DNA of 64,000 nt from Azolla caroliniana (taxonomy: Eukaryota; Plantae; Polypodiophyta), in assembly GCA_043228905.1 (NCBI GenBank), contig JBHGNT010000004.1, positions 13,640,001 through 13,704,000 of the forward strand, written 5' to 3'. Shown here one piece after another: positions 49,455-63,360 of this stretch. The translations under genes and the position numbers were made by a program. The notes beneath the pieces are model-generated. The model did not search any database, was not told the origin of the DNA, and saw only the letters and a list, made by a program, of their open reading frames with translations. Each line of letters opens with the position of its first letter. Within the stretch, counting starts at the first letter, position 1.

Positions 49455-52400
49455 TGTTAAGCGGCAAGCTCAACCGGAGCCGGATCGGCTGAATAAGCCT
49501 GAGCCAGTAAGCGAGATGAATCGGTAGGCCGGTGAGCAACCGAGCCGGTAAGTAGTAAGGACTGGTGAGTTGGGGAGCCGGTATGCCGGATCCAATCCGT
49601 AACCGGAAGCCTAGTATAGGTTAGACTACTAGGCAGTTATAGTCTCGTAGTTAGTGTCAGATGCTCGTGTGAGCATTGAAGTACACCGTACTTCTAACAG
49701 TCCCGTGTGGACTTGTATAAATAGCGCTGATGAGCGCGTTGTAGATACAGAGCACAGAGTATTCATATAATTTTGAAAAATAGTGTGTTTTGCTCTCTCT
49801 CTCTCTGTCTCTTTGTCTCTCCCGCGTACTCTCTCTCTCTCTTTGTGTATTGTTCTTTCTAACGCTTCCGCAAGCAATATTTTACATGGTATCAGAGCGC
49901 GTGGGTTGAGAACCTCTGCTGCAGACATCTACGCCTGTGAAGGAAACCCTAACAGATCGGAAAGCAAACACAAAAGGAGAAATGAACAGAGGTATGGCTA
50001 CGTCGCTCCCGGTGGAGAAGCTCGACAGAACCAACTATGCATCTTGGTCATACAAGATGCACCAGTACCTGCTTGGGCATGGCTACTGGAGTTATGTCGA
50101 CGGAGTGAACGACTCAGCACCGGAGACGACACACAAGGACTTCCTAGTGTGGGAACAGGCGGCAAGCAGGGTGATGTACTGCTTCGCGTCCAGTGTCGGT
50201 GACCAGCTGCTCAGCCATATCCGTGACGCCAAGAAACCGAAGGATGCTTGGGGAAACTTGAAAAAGGTTTTCGCCACAAGCACCACTGCCCGGAAGCTGC
50301 AACTCAGACAAGAGTTGAGCAATTTTCGACAGAAGAACATGTCGGTGGCAGATTACACAGCCCGGATCAAAGGGATCTGTGACTCGCTTGCCTCTATTAA
50401 CGTCACCGTAGAGGAAGAAGAGATGGTGCAGGTCTGTCTTGGAGGCTTGGCGTCCAAGTTCGGAGCTTTTCGGACTGCGGTTTGTACAAGGGAGAATACA
50501 CCCTCATTTTTCGACTTACAGTCGATGCTCCTTGTAGAGGAGAACCACACCGGTGCATCTATCAGTGCATCCCCAAACAGCCGGATGCTGTACACGGGAG
50601 CGGATCGGTCCCACGGGCGTGGTGGACGAGGCAGGTCGGCACGCAATGGAGACGGCCGGCAAGAGCAGGAACGAAGGCACAATGAGCGTATCGACAACAG
50701 TTCCGGGACTTCCACAAGCAAAGGGAGTCAAGGTGGTGCCGGAGGCTGGCAAAACAAATCTGCTACGGAATGTTGGTACTGTGGCAAAAAGGGCCACAGG
50801 GAAAGCGAGTGCTGGAGAAAGCGTGCCGATTCAGACAAATCCAGATCCGGCAAGACCGGTAAGGAAGGCCGACAAAGCTCGCACTACGCAAATGGATCGG
50901 GAGGATCCAAGAATGGTAAGGGGCCAGCCTTGGTGATGAAGCACAAGGCAAACTCAATGAAGAAGACCGCTTCCAAATCGGAGGAAGTGTGGTGCGTTGA
51001 CTCCGGCGCATCAAACCACATGACGAGCCACGAGGAGTGGTTCTCCTTTTTGGAGAAGACGGATCAACCGGGAGTTGTCGAAACCGGAGACGACACTCCC
51101 CACCTGATCGTGCACGTCGGAGAAGTCCCTTTGAGCCACGTCGGACAGAAGGGGAAGTTGATGAATGTATTACATGTTCCGACGATCACGAAGAACCTGG
51201 TGTCGGTCAGACGGATTGTCGACCACGGGATGCAGGTGCGGTTTACGCACCTCGAGTGCTTCATTGAGGATGAGGGCGAAGTTATTGCGCAAGGGCGCAA
51301 AGATGGGAGGATGTTTATCCTCAACACCAATGATGTCGACACCGCACTGTTCGCCAAAGGACAGAAGGTCGAGTCGGATATTGACCTGTGGCACAAGCGG
51401 ATCAGCCATTTCAACTACCGGAGGCTTCAAGACCTGCAAAACGGAACAAGTCGTTTTCGGTTTGCCGAAGTTTAGCGGCCGGAGAGCCCAGATTTGTGAA
51501 GCCTGCCAACTCGGGAAGCAACACCGGCTTCCATTCCCCACCGAAAGAAATCGAAGCCGTAACAAGCTCGATCTTATCCATTCGGATGTGTGGGGACCGG
51601 CACAAAATGTTAGCATTGGCGGGAGTCGATATTTCGTCTCCTTCATCGACGACTACACGCGGCATACGTGGATCTACCTCATTGAGCGGAAGAGCGAAGT
51701 CTTCAAGTGTTTCCGGAGCCTCCAGAAGATGGTGGAACAGAAATCGGAGAGGAAGATCAAATGCCTACGGTCAGATGGCGGAAAAGAGTACTTTTCCATC
51801 CAATTCAACAACTATCTGCAACAAAAAGGAATTCGGCGAGAATTCAGCTGCAGATACACACCGCAACAGAACGGTGTGGCCAAAAGGAAGAATCGGTCGC
51901 TAATTGACGCGGCTAGGGCAATGCTGGAGGAAAAGACCATGCCCAAGATCTACTGGGTGGAGGCGGTCCAAACAGCCGTTTACATCCAGAACCGGATCGG
52001 GGACAAGGTGTCAGCTCACGAGTTGTATTTCGGGTGCAAGCCGAATTTGAGACACCTCCGGATATTCGGCAACATAGCCTATGTACATGTGCCGGATGAG
52101 AAGTGGAGAAAGCTGGATGCAAAATCGGAAAAATGCATCCTAGTCGGCTATGCTCAAGAGCAAAAGGGGTATAAGTGTTATAACCCCCGGACGAAGCAGG
52201 TTCGAGTCAGCCGAGATGTCGAGTTTGATGAATCGGCATTGTGGTATTCCTTACCAACTCCAACTTCCGATCCCAACCCGATGTCAGAGGATGGGGCTAG
52301 TGAGCCTGAACCGGCCCAGGTAGAGAAAGATGAAGCCGGGACTCAAGACAAGAGTCCGGAATCATTCCGGTTAAGCGGACCGAATGAGAGACTGGATCAG

Positions 52401-55387
52401 TCCAACCAGTTGGATGATGAGACGGCGAGTAGTGGAGACTCTGTCGTGCTCTCCCCGCGCAAGGAACCGAGGAGACGGTTCACACGCAAAGAGAAAGGGA
52501 AGCAGAAGATGCCGGAATTCGAGACCGGCAATGATGAGTCGGATCGGTGCGTATTTGACTTCGGCAAGGACATAGGCAGATCTTCGGGAACGAAGACCGA
52601 ACCGGCCAAGAAGGGTCTCATACCGGGTAACGGTGAGTTACGCCGGTCCACCCGCCAGAAGGATACCGTTAAATGGTACGGGTATAACAAGTACATGGCG
52701 CATCATTATGCGTACATGACCAAGGTCGCGGAAGTGCGTGAGCTGGAGAGCTACGCAGAAGCGGCAAAGGAGGCAAATTGGCGTGCCGCTATGGAGGAAG
52801 AAATGCGGGCACTGTATGCCAACGAAACTTGGGACCTGGTTGACCCTCCCCGTCACTGTAAACCGATCGGATGCAAGTGGGTGTACAAGGTAAAGTACAA
52901 TGCCGACGGTACAGTTAACCGGTACAAGGTCCGGTTAGTGGCGAAGGGATATGCGCAGACCCACGGAATCAACTACGACGAGACCTTCGCTCCTGTAACG
53001 AAGATGACGACAGTTCATGTGGTACCGGCGGTTGCTACGGCAAGGGGGTGGCATCTTCATCAGATGGATGTGAAGAATGCCTTCCTTCAAGGAGATCTTG
53101 AAGAAGAAGTCTTTATGACTCAGCCCCCCCGGATTTCAGTCGGAGGTGAATAAGTCGGCGATATGCCGGCTGAGGAAGTCGTTGTATGGCTTGAAGCAAG
53201 CCCCCCGTGTTTGGAATGCTAAGATCACGCACCGGTTGTGAAAGATGGTGTTTGTTGCCTCTAAGTCAGACTCCCTGTTCATCTATTAAGGCTCAAATGG
53301 TCTGGTATGTATCTTACTCTATGTTGATGATTTAGTCATCACCGGCCCAGGTCTTCTGGAAATCAACTGCGTCAAGTCCCAGTTGTCGGACGCATTCGAT
53401 ATGAAGGACTTGGGGGACCTTCATTATTTTTTGGGGATCGAGGTGATCCGCACCCCCGACGGCATATTGCTTTCTCAACGCCATTATGTGTGGAATATAC
53501 TGTACAAGTTCGGCATGACGGAATGCCGACCTGTCTCCACACCCTTGGACCGGAATCAGAAGATCCGTCCCAACTCCGGACCAGCTTGCGATGAGAAAAG
53601 GTTTCGACAAATAGTCGGAAGCTTGATCTACTTGACCATCACCCGACCCGACATTAGCTATCCGGTCGGAGTGGTAAGCCAATTCATGTAGAAGCCGACC
53701 GTGGAGCACCTTCAGTGCGCGCAACGAATATTGAGGTATGTAAGCGGCACTAAGGACCGGGGGCTCTTATACCGGCAAGGTATAACCGAAGAGCTTGTTG
53801 GCTACACGGATGCTGACTAAGCTGGTGATGCAACGGATCGTCGCTCAACTTCCGGCTTTATGTTTTCTCTTGGGAGCGCGACTGTTGCGTGGAGCAACAA
53901 AAAGCAGCCAACAGTGCCTCTATCCAGCACTGAGGCTGAATATCGGGGCGCGACCGTTGCCACCTGCGAAGCCATTTGGCTTCGGCAACTACTGCAAGAC
54001 TTGCGGATCGAGGTACCGACCCCGATCCTGATCTACTGCGATAACCTCAGCAGCATGCAGCTCGCCAAGAACCCTGTGTTCCATGCTCGCACAAAGCACA
54101 TAGAAGTGCATTATCACTTCGTGCGTGAGCGGGTCCTGAGCGGTGAAGTTGAACTACGGTATGTTCACACGGATCGGCAAGTTGCCGACATCTTCACCAA
54201 GCCGCTCGGGTCGGACAAGTTGCAACACTTTACCGAAATGCTTGATGTTCAGCATCTCGACGTGCCGCACTTGAGGGGGAGACGCAAGGGCAAAGACACT
54301 ACCGAAACGGGCAAAGGCAAAAAAACTGTTGAACTCGTAGGTAAGAGAAGAACCGGTAGAGGTGGAGACAAGAAGAAAAATGAAGCCGAGTTGACGAAGG
54401 AAGTCGGCACATCCGAATAGGTCGGAGTGAGCGGCTGTGAAGAAGAAGTGTACACTCAGGAAGAGAAGTGCATGCTATACGGAGGTCATCATGATCGTAA
54501 TGGCCATGATGCGAAGTCGAATGAAGAATTCGACTTCGGTGAACGGGCTGAAGAAGCCAAGGGTAGCACGGAGAAGGCCAAGACCTGGACGTCGTCCGAT
54601 GTGGTGAGAGGCCTGAAGCCGAAAATAGAATCGGAGGATACCGATTCGGACAAGAGCTGGAACGAGTTGGAGACAGCCGATTCGGATCAACAAACGGATC
54701 CGGATGAGTCGGATCAACGAGAGGCCAAGGAGACACGGACGCAGCGGAAGTCGATGCCATCGCGGTGGAACCGACGGATCGGCAAGCGCCGGAGTCATAG
54801 CAGTGAAGGAGCTGAAATGGGCCTATTGAGCAGACATGCCGAAGGTCGAGGCGCGCAGAACCAAAGGGGTCGCGACAAACGGAACCGGACCGGACAAGGA
54901 GCGTGAGCAAGGCGAAGCGACGCTAGGAGAAGTTGGTTGGAAGAACTGGTTGCCACAGAGGTTGACACTACGACCCTACCTCAGGTTGAGCTTGAGGGGG
55001 AGTGTTGAGCGGCAAGCTCAACCGGAGCCGGATCGGCTGAATAAGCCTGAGCCGGTAAGCAGTAAGGACTGGTGAGTTGGGGAGCCGGTATGCCGGATCC
55101 AATCCGTAACCGGAAGCCTAGTATAGGTTCGACTACTAGGTAGTTATAGTCTCGTAGTTAGTGTCAGATGCTCGTGTGAGCATTGAAGTACACCGTACTT
55201 CTAACAGTCCCGTGTGGACTTGTATAAATCGCGCTGATGAGCGCGTTGTAGATACAGAGCATAGAGTATTCATATAATTTTGAAAAATAGTGTGTTTTGC
55301 TCTCTCTCTCTCTCTGTCTCTCCCGCGTACTCTCTGTCTCTCTTTGTGTATTGTTCTTTCTAACACTTCCACAAGCAATATTTTACA
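49455..55387 (+). mobile_element. Ty1/copia F (LTRs 49455-49886 and 55003-55387), in the 3' LTR of G
   Basis: TSD AAATA at 49450-49454 and 55388-55392. PBS TGGTATCAGAGC at 49887-49898; PPT before 55003. Related to A and B. Confidence 0.95.
49982..54906 (+). pseudogene. copia F gag-pol plus C-terminal extension, degenerate
   Basis: ORFs 49937-51475, 51165-53153, 53383-53691, 53860-54420 and 54427-54906. Confidence 0.92.
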
Positions 55388-55635
55388 AAATAGTTAGCAA
55401 ATTCGTGGATCCCACGATTATATTATATTAATCAACCCTTGTAAAATAATCAACAACCTCTCTTCCTTATATAGTGTTGGAAGAGTCTAAGTTTATCACA
55501 TGCAAGCATCATGCTTTTCCTATCTTTAGTTTTCATGCACACTGCATGTGCATGATTAGCTTTCTATAACTTTTTGTACCATGCATGTCTAGAAATTTTA
55601 CATGGGATAAAGTTTAGTATAACTTTAAAATTCAT

Positions 55636-55702
55636 AATACGCTAGTATAATGATAAGGCTTAACATTATTAACATGGAGGTGCAAGGTTCGAATCTTGCC
55701 CT
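55636..55702 (+). ncRNA. tRNA-like / Pol III A+B box cassette in the G LTR (antisense to G; copy at ~62153-62218)
   Basis: TAGTATAATGA (55643-55653) and GGTTCGAATCT (55686-55696) lie 43 nt apart. GGAGGTGCAAGGTTCGAATC is shared with the C cassette. Confidence 0.6.
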
Positions 55703-56216
55703 ATGCATGCAATATATAATTTTATACTTTCTTCTATTTACAAATATGTCTCTTCATCTGGTGAGAGACTCTCACCGGCCTTCTTCATCCGGCTCTTGCC
55801 GGTTCTGCTTCATCCGGTTCTCGCCGGTTTTCTTTATCCGATTCTTACCGGATCCTCCTTACTGGTCCTCTTTGTCCGTTTCTCATCGACTCTCACCAGC
55901 CTTCTTCATCCGGCAAGATTCATCCGGCTCTTGCCGGTCTCCTTACCGGTTTCGGTCCTCACCGGTTCTTCCTTCCGGTTCTCACTGGGTACTCCATATC
56001 GTATCCGGAGAAACCAAAAATGTAATTTTTCATGTAGTGTGCGAATTACACTACGACACTCGCCCCCTCCGAACCCGCACATCCTCCGGTATGTGCCGAA
56101 GTCCCCGATGCTTGCTATTCACCTTCATCCGAAGCTTCCTCCAATTCTCCCCTTAAGTCAACTATGAGTTGTAATCCACTTTCCTCGCTTTCCACATCAC
56201 CGCGATCTTCGTCCGA

Positions 56217-59200
56217 TTACTCCTTCTTGTTGGTCTTGTCTAGGATCACATAGGGTTCTTCTTCAGTCCGCTTCTTGAAAATCTTCACCCGTTTCCCGGC
56301 TATAGGCACTCGTAGCGTCGTTCCATCCAACTCGCATAGTCGGTAAGTTCCGTTGTCGAAAACTTTCCGAAACTCATATGGCCCGAACCACCTTTTCGCG
56401 AACTTCCGCATCGTTGTATGTTGATGATCCAAACTACTGTCGTAGACAATCACCCAATCTCCTTCTTCAATCTTCCGCGGTCGTAGTCGGTGCTTTGTGT
56501 CGAACCGGCTTTTATTCCGGAATCACGCTTCTTGTTGTCGGCGTATTTCTTCCGCTATGTCTTCCGGTCTTCCCTCTAGTTGTCGTATCCGGACCGCTAG
56601 TAGTTCTTCCCGGCTCATCTCTTCCTTCCACGGTAGCACTGTCCATGTCGCGATTGCGGTTTCCGTTGGCCTTACCAGTGCTTGTCCGGTCATGAGTTCT
56701 GTTGGCATGTAACCGGTTACGGAGCTATGCGTCGTCCGATCCGCCCATAGTGCATACGGAAGCATCTGCGGCCAATCCTTCACCCTTCCATCGCATGCCT
56801 TCGCAAGTGCTTTGACAATCGACTATGTCCTCATTCGATCTTCCCATTGGCTTTCGGATTGTATGCCGTTGTCAGCGTTAACCGAACTCCATGTTTAGTG
56901 AAGAATTCCTTAGCTTTATCAGAGTTGAGCTCTCCCCGATCCGCAATCACTTGTCCTACGCACCCGTACCTGCAAAACACTTTTTCCAAAAGGAATTGGC
57001 ATACCGTAGAACACATTTTCCTCCGTAGTGCCCGACCTTCTACTTGGTTTGTGAGATCTTCCCGAGCTAACACCATGTACTTCTTTTGTCCGATCCCGGT
57101 TGGCATGGCTACAATATCAACCATCCATTTGAAGTTGATTGTTGGTGAGAATGTCGGATGTAACTCATCTCGGTGTCGAACTCCGGAGTAGATTTGACAC
57201 TTCTCGCAGCTTTCCGTGAACTCAGCTATATCTTTGTGCATGTTCTTCCACCAATATTTTTGTTTGATTTTCACAAAAGTTGCCCATGTTCCTCGATGTC
57301 CAGCCCAATCGGATTCGTGAAATTCGGACATTATCTGGTTTCGTTGCTCTTTTGTCCCGACTACTGGAAGTGGTATGCCATCCGGTCTTTTCGGCTCCCT
57401 CCATAGTAATCCATTTTTCAAGAAGAACTTTTGGACTTGCCGCTTCTTACTTTGGATCTTGGCTCTCTTCTCTTTATTGTCCGATGATTCCTCGATTTCT
57501 TGTAGCACTTTCCCGATCAGCAAGCTTTCTCCCTCGTATTCTTCTTCCCAGAATTCTCGGATTACGTTCACCCGGCATATGTGCTCCGAAGCAAAGTAGT
57601 CTTCGGAAACTTCTTCATTATCGGATTCGGTTATGTTATCTCTGAACCGCGCCCTTGATAACATATCCGCTACTACGTTGTCTTTTCCGGAGATGTGTCG
57701 TACCTCCGGATTAAGCGACTTAACATATGCAATCCATCTTAGCATAGCCACATCCGGTATCGTGCAACACCGCATCATCCCGAGTATCGGAAGACAATCC
57801 GTTTCGATCAATACTTCGGCTCCGATCAAATAATCTCGATCCGATTTGATTGCTGACACAACTCCCCATAATTCTCTTTTAACTTGTGCATATCCGCGTT
57901 GCCTTTCGTTGAGAACCATTGCTCCGAATCGGATCGGATATCGCGAACCTTCCGGATCGGCTTGATTGATGACCCATCCGATTCCGGTTGGACTTGTGTC
58001 AACCGTTACTATGATCGGTTGGTCATAGTTCGGCTTCTTTAGTGCTTTTGACCTCCGTAGTGATTTCTTGGGCTTCTTCACGGCTTTGGTACGCTCTGGT
58101 TTCCATTCAAACTTCTTAGAGTGGGTCTGCTATATGTGCATAGTGTGGAATCCATATGTGGTAGAATGCACATGCTCCAAGAAACCTTCGAACTTTGGAT
58201 TGTGACTCGCATACTTCTTTCATAGCTTGAATCGTGTCGATCTTGGTTGGTGACGGTCTTCAGCCGTAGGGCCCACATAGATGTCCGACTACCAATATTT
58301 CTTCTTGCCTGAATGCTGATTTCTCACCGGAAAGTGTTAGGTGCACATCTTCTAACTTTCAAAGCACTTTCTCGCAATCGCGAATATGGTCGACTACGAA
58401 CTTTCGGCATCCCTGATCATCCATAGTTTCATCTTTTTCTTCTACTGCGCATCCTTTCATTGGAATGTCATCTAGGAATGACATCATTATCTCCGGAATG
58501 AAGTCTCGAAGCACCTTGTTCATCGCATTCATCATATGTGCGACCGAGTTCGTCGGGCCTTGTGGTAGAGTACACATCCGGACTAATCCTATCGGTGTCC
58601 GCATGGTAGTGATGTCTTGGCTCTTCACAACTAGTTGGAATTGGTCATATCCGGAGTATAGGTCTCCGATGGAGTATATCGCGCAACCGGAAAATGCTTC
58701 CGCAAATTCGTCTACTATCGGACCGACTCTGGAGTTCCGGATCATGACCTTGTTCACCGGTTGCAAATCTTGAATAAATCGGAGTGACCCATTCTTCTTT
58801 GGAATAGTAAACCATCGATTTGAGTACGGAGCATTTGATGGCTCTAGAATCCCCATCGCCACCTTCTCCTTGAGCAAGTCGATGATTTTCGGAATATGCG
58901 CTCGTGGCACCGGAATCAGCTTCAGGTTCCACGACACATGGTCAATCGTGAAGATCACCATCGGCTCCACTATCTTCGGGTCAGCGCATCCTATATCTTT
59001 CGATGTAAATGCAAATGCTCTCCCATGTCGCTCTAGCATCCCACGGAATCGTTCTTCTTCATTCTTTAATAGGAACCCACCTCCATTGATTCGAAGTTTC
59101 TTCCGGGTCTCATCCGTGAAGGCATGTCTGATATCCATGGACTTCCGAAGTGTCGGATCCCCCGAGACTTCTTTCCTCTTTTATTCGCTATCTGCGGGTA

Positions 59201-61668
59201 ACGGTCCCGCGACCGGTTTCACTTTCTTCTCCACGGTCTTGTATTTTGTACTTACCATTGCTTCTTCTTTGCGGAGCACATTTGGCCCCATTTTCACAAT
59301 GATCTCGTACATATCGACCGACTCCACCGGAATCACCCGGTTTCCCTGGCTTGTATCTTCCGCGAGCTCTTCAAGCCGTTGTAGTGTGCTCCCATAGAAC
59401 ACTTCTTCGACTATTCCCACGATTTCTTCGTCTTCTTTTATTATTGATGCCGATCGTAACTTATCCTCCACTTTTCAGTATTCTTTCTTCATTCCTCCGG
59501 TTACGGCTGTGTACGTGGATGCCCCATCCGGACCAATTCGTACTTGTTTTGCACCGAGAGGTTTCTTCTTGTGTGGGGTATCAGGGCTTCTCAGACTATC
59601 ACTTCCCCACTCCGCAACAGTCCGCTCTAAAAATCCATTCTTGTTTGGGACAAGAGTTCTCTCTTGTTCCTTTCATGATTTGCCGGCACCGTTAGGAATT
59701 GGACGGATTTCCCTCCATTTTGGCTCCTAATTCGCGCAAAAGCCGCACCGCTATCGAGCACCTTCGTCTCCATCCGTGATGCCGTGATAAAGGGTTGCCC
59801 GAGGATCACGGAGTGTGAGACCTCGTCTTGTATGAAGAAATTTTGGTTGATCTCGACATCCCCGATCTTCACCGTCACATCCGGACAAGCCGCAAATAGA
59901 TCTTCTGTTGCTTTAGGGGCCGCCCGGATCTTCCACCCATGATTCGTGTTAATAGGCCACTTACCCTTTCGGTAGAATTCCTTGGACATCAAATTGATCT
60001 TCGATCCGTGATCAATCAATGCTAGCACGGGTTCTTTGATGTTACCGATTCGGACCGGAGTCTCTATAGCTGCGCGTGCCAAGTGTGGCTTTGTGTAGTG
60101 AGAATTCGGTATTTCGTCCTCCAATTCGGTGTCATTCATTAGAATGGTATTTGCATTCACCCTTGGAGCGTTCTCCTCCGTACTTTGCCTTTTTCTCTTC
60201 ATGAGATCCACAAGAAGATCATGGAACTCCTTCTTCGCTATTCTGAGTAATTCTCGAAGCGAAAAATCCACTCGGCTATCGAGGATTCTCTCCTCGAACA
60301 CCTTTTTCAAGTCCGTTTGTTGTTCGATGTCCGAGGCGAGCTTGAATGCCGGAATCATCTTTTCTTTTCCCTTACCTCCGGAGTTCCAGCTTTCCGGTGT
60401 CTTCGATGGACCAGCCGCCTCATCCGTGCGCCGTCGCTTCTCATCTACAAACACTTCATGCAATTGGCATAAAGCAAACACACTATTCTTATCGACGGGG
60501 CACTCCCATCCTGTAGCTTCCCGAATGCCTTCCGCGGTGCTTCGGATCTCGTTAGAGTCGGTTTTCTCGGTGTTTTCTAGCAATTCCGGCCAAAAAGACA
60601 CCTTTGCTCCCGATGACTCCCCGACACGTATTCCCGCGGTTGTCACGTAATTGCTCTTCACCGCTATTTCCTCCTCTAGGACCTTCTTCATGCCGCCTTT
60701 TCGGAAGTTCGGTCGGAGTGGCTTCCGAGAGTCCATTGAATGAACCCGATTTCCCTCGTAGTAGATAAGATCCTGTCGTAGCGCTTCCTTGTGCTCGTCG
60801 CAATCCCTCTGATCATGTTCGGTGCTATCGCACCATATGCATCGATGGTCCATATACTTGGAACTTGTGGGACGGTCATCCGACTTCTTCACCATCGCAA
60901 TTTTTAGATTCTCCATCTCCTTCAGCAACTACTCCACTGTAGTTGCGTCGATTCCCTTCTTAGTCGTAGCTTCCCGAGCCCACGGTTGATGGTCTTCCGA
61001 TCCGGATCGCGGTTTCAGAATCGGTTCTGAAACCCTCTTTTCTTCGTTAGCAAGCCATTGCCCCCTCTTTGTGTATCGCGCGACGATATCCCGCACGCTT
61101 TCCCATGTTTCGGTCAGGCCACTCTCGGTATTCGTGTCCTCTAGAAGCACTCCAAGATCCTTCCGGTCCCAGACGTCTACGGCTCATAAGAACATGATAA
61201 CTTTGTCCGGTGTGAGGATAGCTTGATCTCTCACAGACAACCTCCCGAACCGACTTTCGAATGCCGAAAACACATCGAGGATCTTCATCCCCTTGTCCGG
61301 CGTTTCTACCCAATTCTCAAATCCTCTCTGCGTTGCCTTGGAGGAGTCCTCGATAGAGAGCGTGGTCTTTAGCGCCTCTTCAAACGCTTCCCACGTCGGA
61401 TTTTGTTGTCGTAGCCCGTGGATACTTGCTTGAAGCCCGTCGGTAGCCACCCGGTTGAAGGATGCCACTTGTAGTCCTTCCGAAATCCCGCACCGTAGCA
61501 TTTCCGCCTTGTAGTCCCGAAGATAGCGTGATACGTCCTTTCCGTTGAATTGCCCGTCCGTTGCACGAGCTGCTCTACTGCCGCCGCTATCTCCGACATC
61601 GCACGTTGTTCCTGAAGCATCCACTCGAACATCATCATCATGTTGTTAGCCTCCGGTTGATTTTCCAT
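56217..61668 (-). pseudogene. gypsy G gag-protease (61668-59627) and pol (59630-56217), degenerate
   Basis: CIWCDSTEHDQRDC, ALIDHGSKINLM, RT GILEPSNAPYSNRWF/FLDDI, RH VDTSPTGIG, IN TTAYNPKANGKIE. Confidence 0.9.
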
Positions 61669-61684
61669 CTCCTTGCCACCCGTG

Positions 61685-61702
61685 TTCACGTCGGGTTCAC
61701 CA
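61685..61702 (-). promoter_or_regulatory. PBS complementary to tRNA-Trp (element G)
   Basis: Minus strand TGGTGAACCCGACGTGAA is an 18/18 complement of ...TTCACGTCGGGTTCACCA, 4 nt from the LTR. Confidence 0.8.
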
Positions 61703-63011
61703 CTTGTGTCGTGCCTTTCGGCTCCGGATCGTTGCGTGAGTCGGGTGGGAACCACTGGGGTTTTGGACTAGGAGGAAAGAAAATTCTAAGGCAATTAAGA
61801 ATGTGAAATATATTGTAAGAAACAAAGATATGAAAAACTCGTGAATCCCACGAGTATAGTGTATTAGTGAGTACTCAAATTAAGAGAGAAAAATAGTTAG
61901 CAAATTCGTGGATCCCACGATTATATTATATTAATCAACCCTTGTAAAATAATCAACAACCTCTATACATCTTTCTCTCTTCCTTATATAGTGTTGGAAG
62001 AGTCTAAGTTTATCACATGCAAGCATCATGCTTTTCCTATCTTTAGTTTTCATGCACACTGCATGTGCATGATTAGCTTTCTATAACTTTTTGTACCATG
62101 CATGTCTAGAAATTTTACATGGGATAAAGTTTAGTATAACTTTAAAATTCATAATACGCTAGTATAATGATAAGGCTTAACATTATTAACATGGAGGTGC
62201 AAGGTTCGAATTTGCCCTATGCATGTAATATATAATTTTATACTTTCTTCTATTTACAAATATGTCTCTTCATCTGGTGAGAGACTCTCACCGGCCTTCT
62301 TCATCCGGCTCTTGCCGGTTCTGCTTCATCCGGTTCTCGCCGGTTTTCTTTATCCGATTCTTACCGGATCCTCCTTACCGGTCCTCTTTGTCCGTTTCTC
62401 ATCGACTCTCACCAGCCTTCTTCATCCGGCAAGATTCATCCGGCTCTTGCCGGTCTCCTTACCGGTTTCGGTCCTCACCGGTTCTTCCTTCCGGTTCTCA
62501 CTGGGTACTCCATATTGTATCCGGAGAAACCAAAAATGTAATTTTTCACGTAGTGTGCGAATTACACTACGACAACGTTGTCAACCACGGAGGCGGAGTA
62601 CATGGTGGTTGTGGAAGCCGGCAAGGAAATACTATGGATGAAGGACTTCATCGGAGAGCTCGGTATCCGGCAAGATGAATACCGGCTCTATTGCGATGGT
62701 CAAAGTGCCATCCACCTTGCTAAGAACGCAGCGTACCATTCCAGGACGAAGCACATCCAACGTAGGTATCACTAGATCCGGGAGCGAGTAGAAGATCGAG
62801 AGTTTGCGCTGACGAAGATCCACACGGATGAGAATGGGTCAGATATGCTGACCAAAGTGCTGATACCCAACAAGTTGGATGCATGTCGGAAGCAGATCGG
62901 ACTAGTAAGACATCCCATGCCGGAGTGAAGGGGCAATTTGTTAGGAAATAGGTCCCTCCAGATGGGAAGTGAGAAGAACAGTGTTGATGAGCAACTCGGC
63001 CTCGGCCGAAT

Positions 63012-63131
63012 CCGGATGTGGAGTACCCGGCAACCGAAGACCCGGTGAGAACCAGATGTGGAGTACCCGGCAACGAAAGACCTGGTGAGAACCGGATGTG
63101 GAGTACCCGGCAACGGACGACCTGGTGAGAA
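63012..63131 (+). repeat. 40-bp tandem repeat x3 in the H 3' LTR (single copy in the 5' LTR)
   Basis: CCGGATGTGGAGTACCCGGCAAC.GAAGACC.GGTGAGAA. Confidence 0.9.
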
Positions 63132-63316
63132 CCGGATGTTGCAGGCCCAGTGAGAACCTCTCATCGGATGGAAGGGACATATATGTAAATATGTTCTAGA
63201 GAGCCCACTGGGGCTATATTTGTAAATAGCCCGAAAGTCATATTAGTATAAATATGACCTAGGGCAAACTTAATAGTGATGATGATAGAGTTATTCGTGT
63301 AACTCTTGTACAATGC

Positions 63317-63360
<44 letters not shown>

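Larger units (their letters stand above)
49266..62574 (-). mobile_element. Ty3/gypsy G (same lineage as C; 5' LTR 61707-62574; 3' LTR 49266-56058 split by F)
   Basis: TGTCGT...ACGACA termini; 4-bp TSD GCAT/ACGT (49262-49265, 62575-62578). PBS at 61685-61702; PPT at 56059-56070. Proteins are homologous to those of C. Confidence 0.93.
40295..62928 (+). pseudogene. copia H gag-pol, degenerate and split
   Basis: CFYCGKPGHFQKNC, VRADNGGEY, QLDVKTTFLH, LYVDDIL. RNase H LQKTVA|LSTTEAEY rejoins across G. Confidence 0.9.

Noticed and set aside
54427-54906. Envelope-like ORF after pol
   Set aside because: It is hydrophilic, has no transmembrane segment and is in frame with pol; treated as a pol tail.
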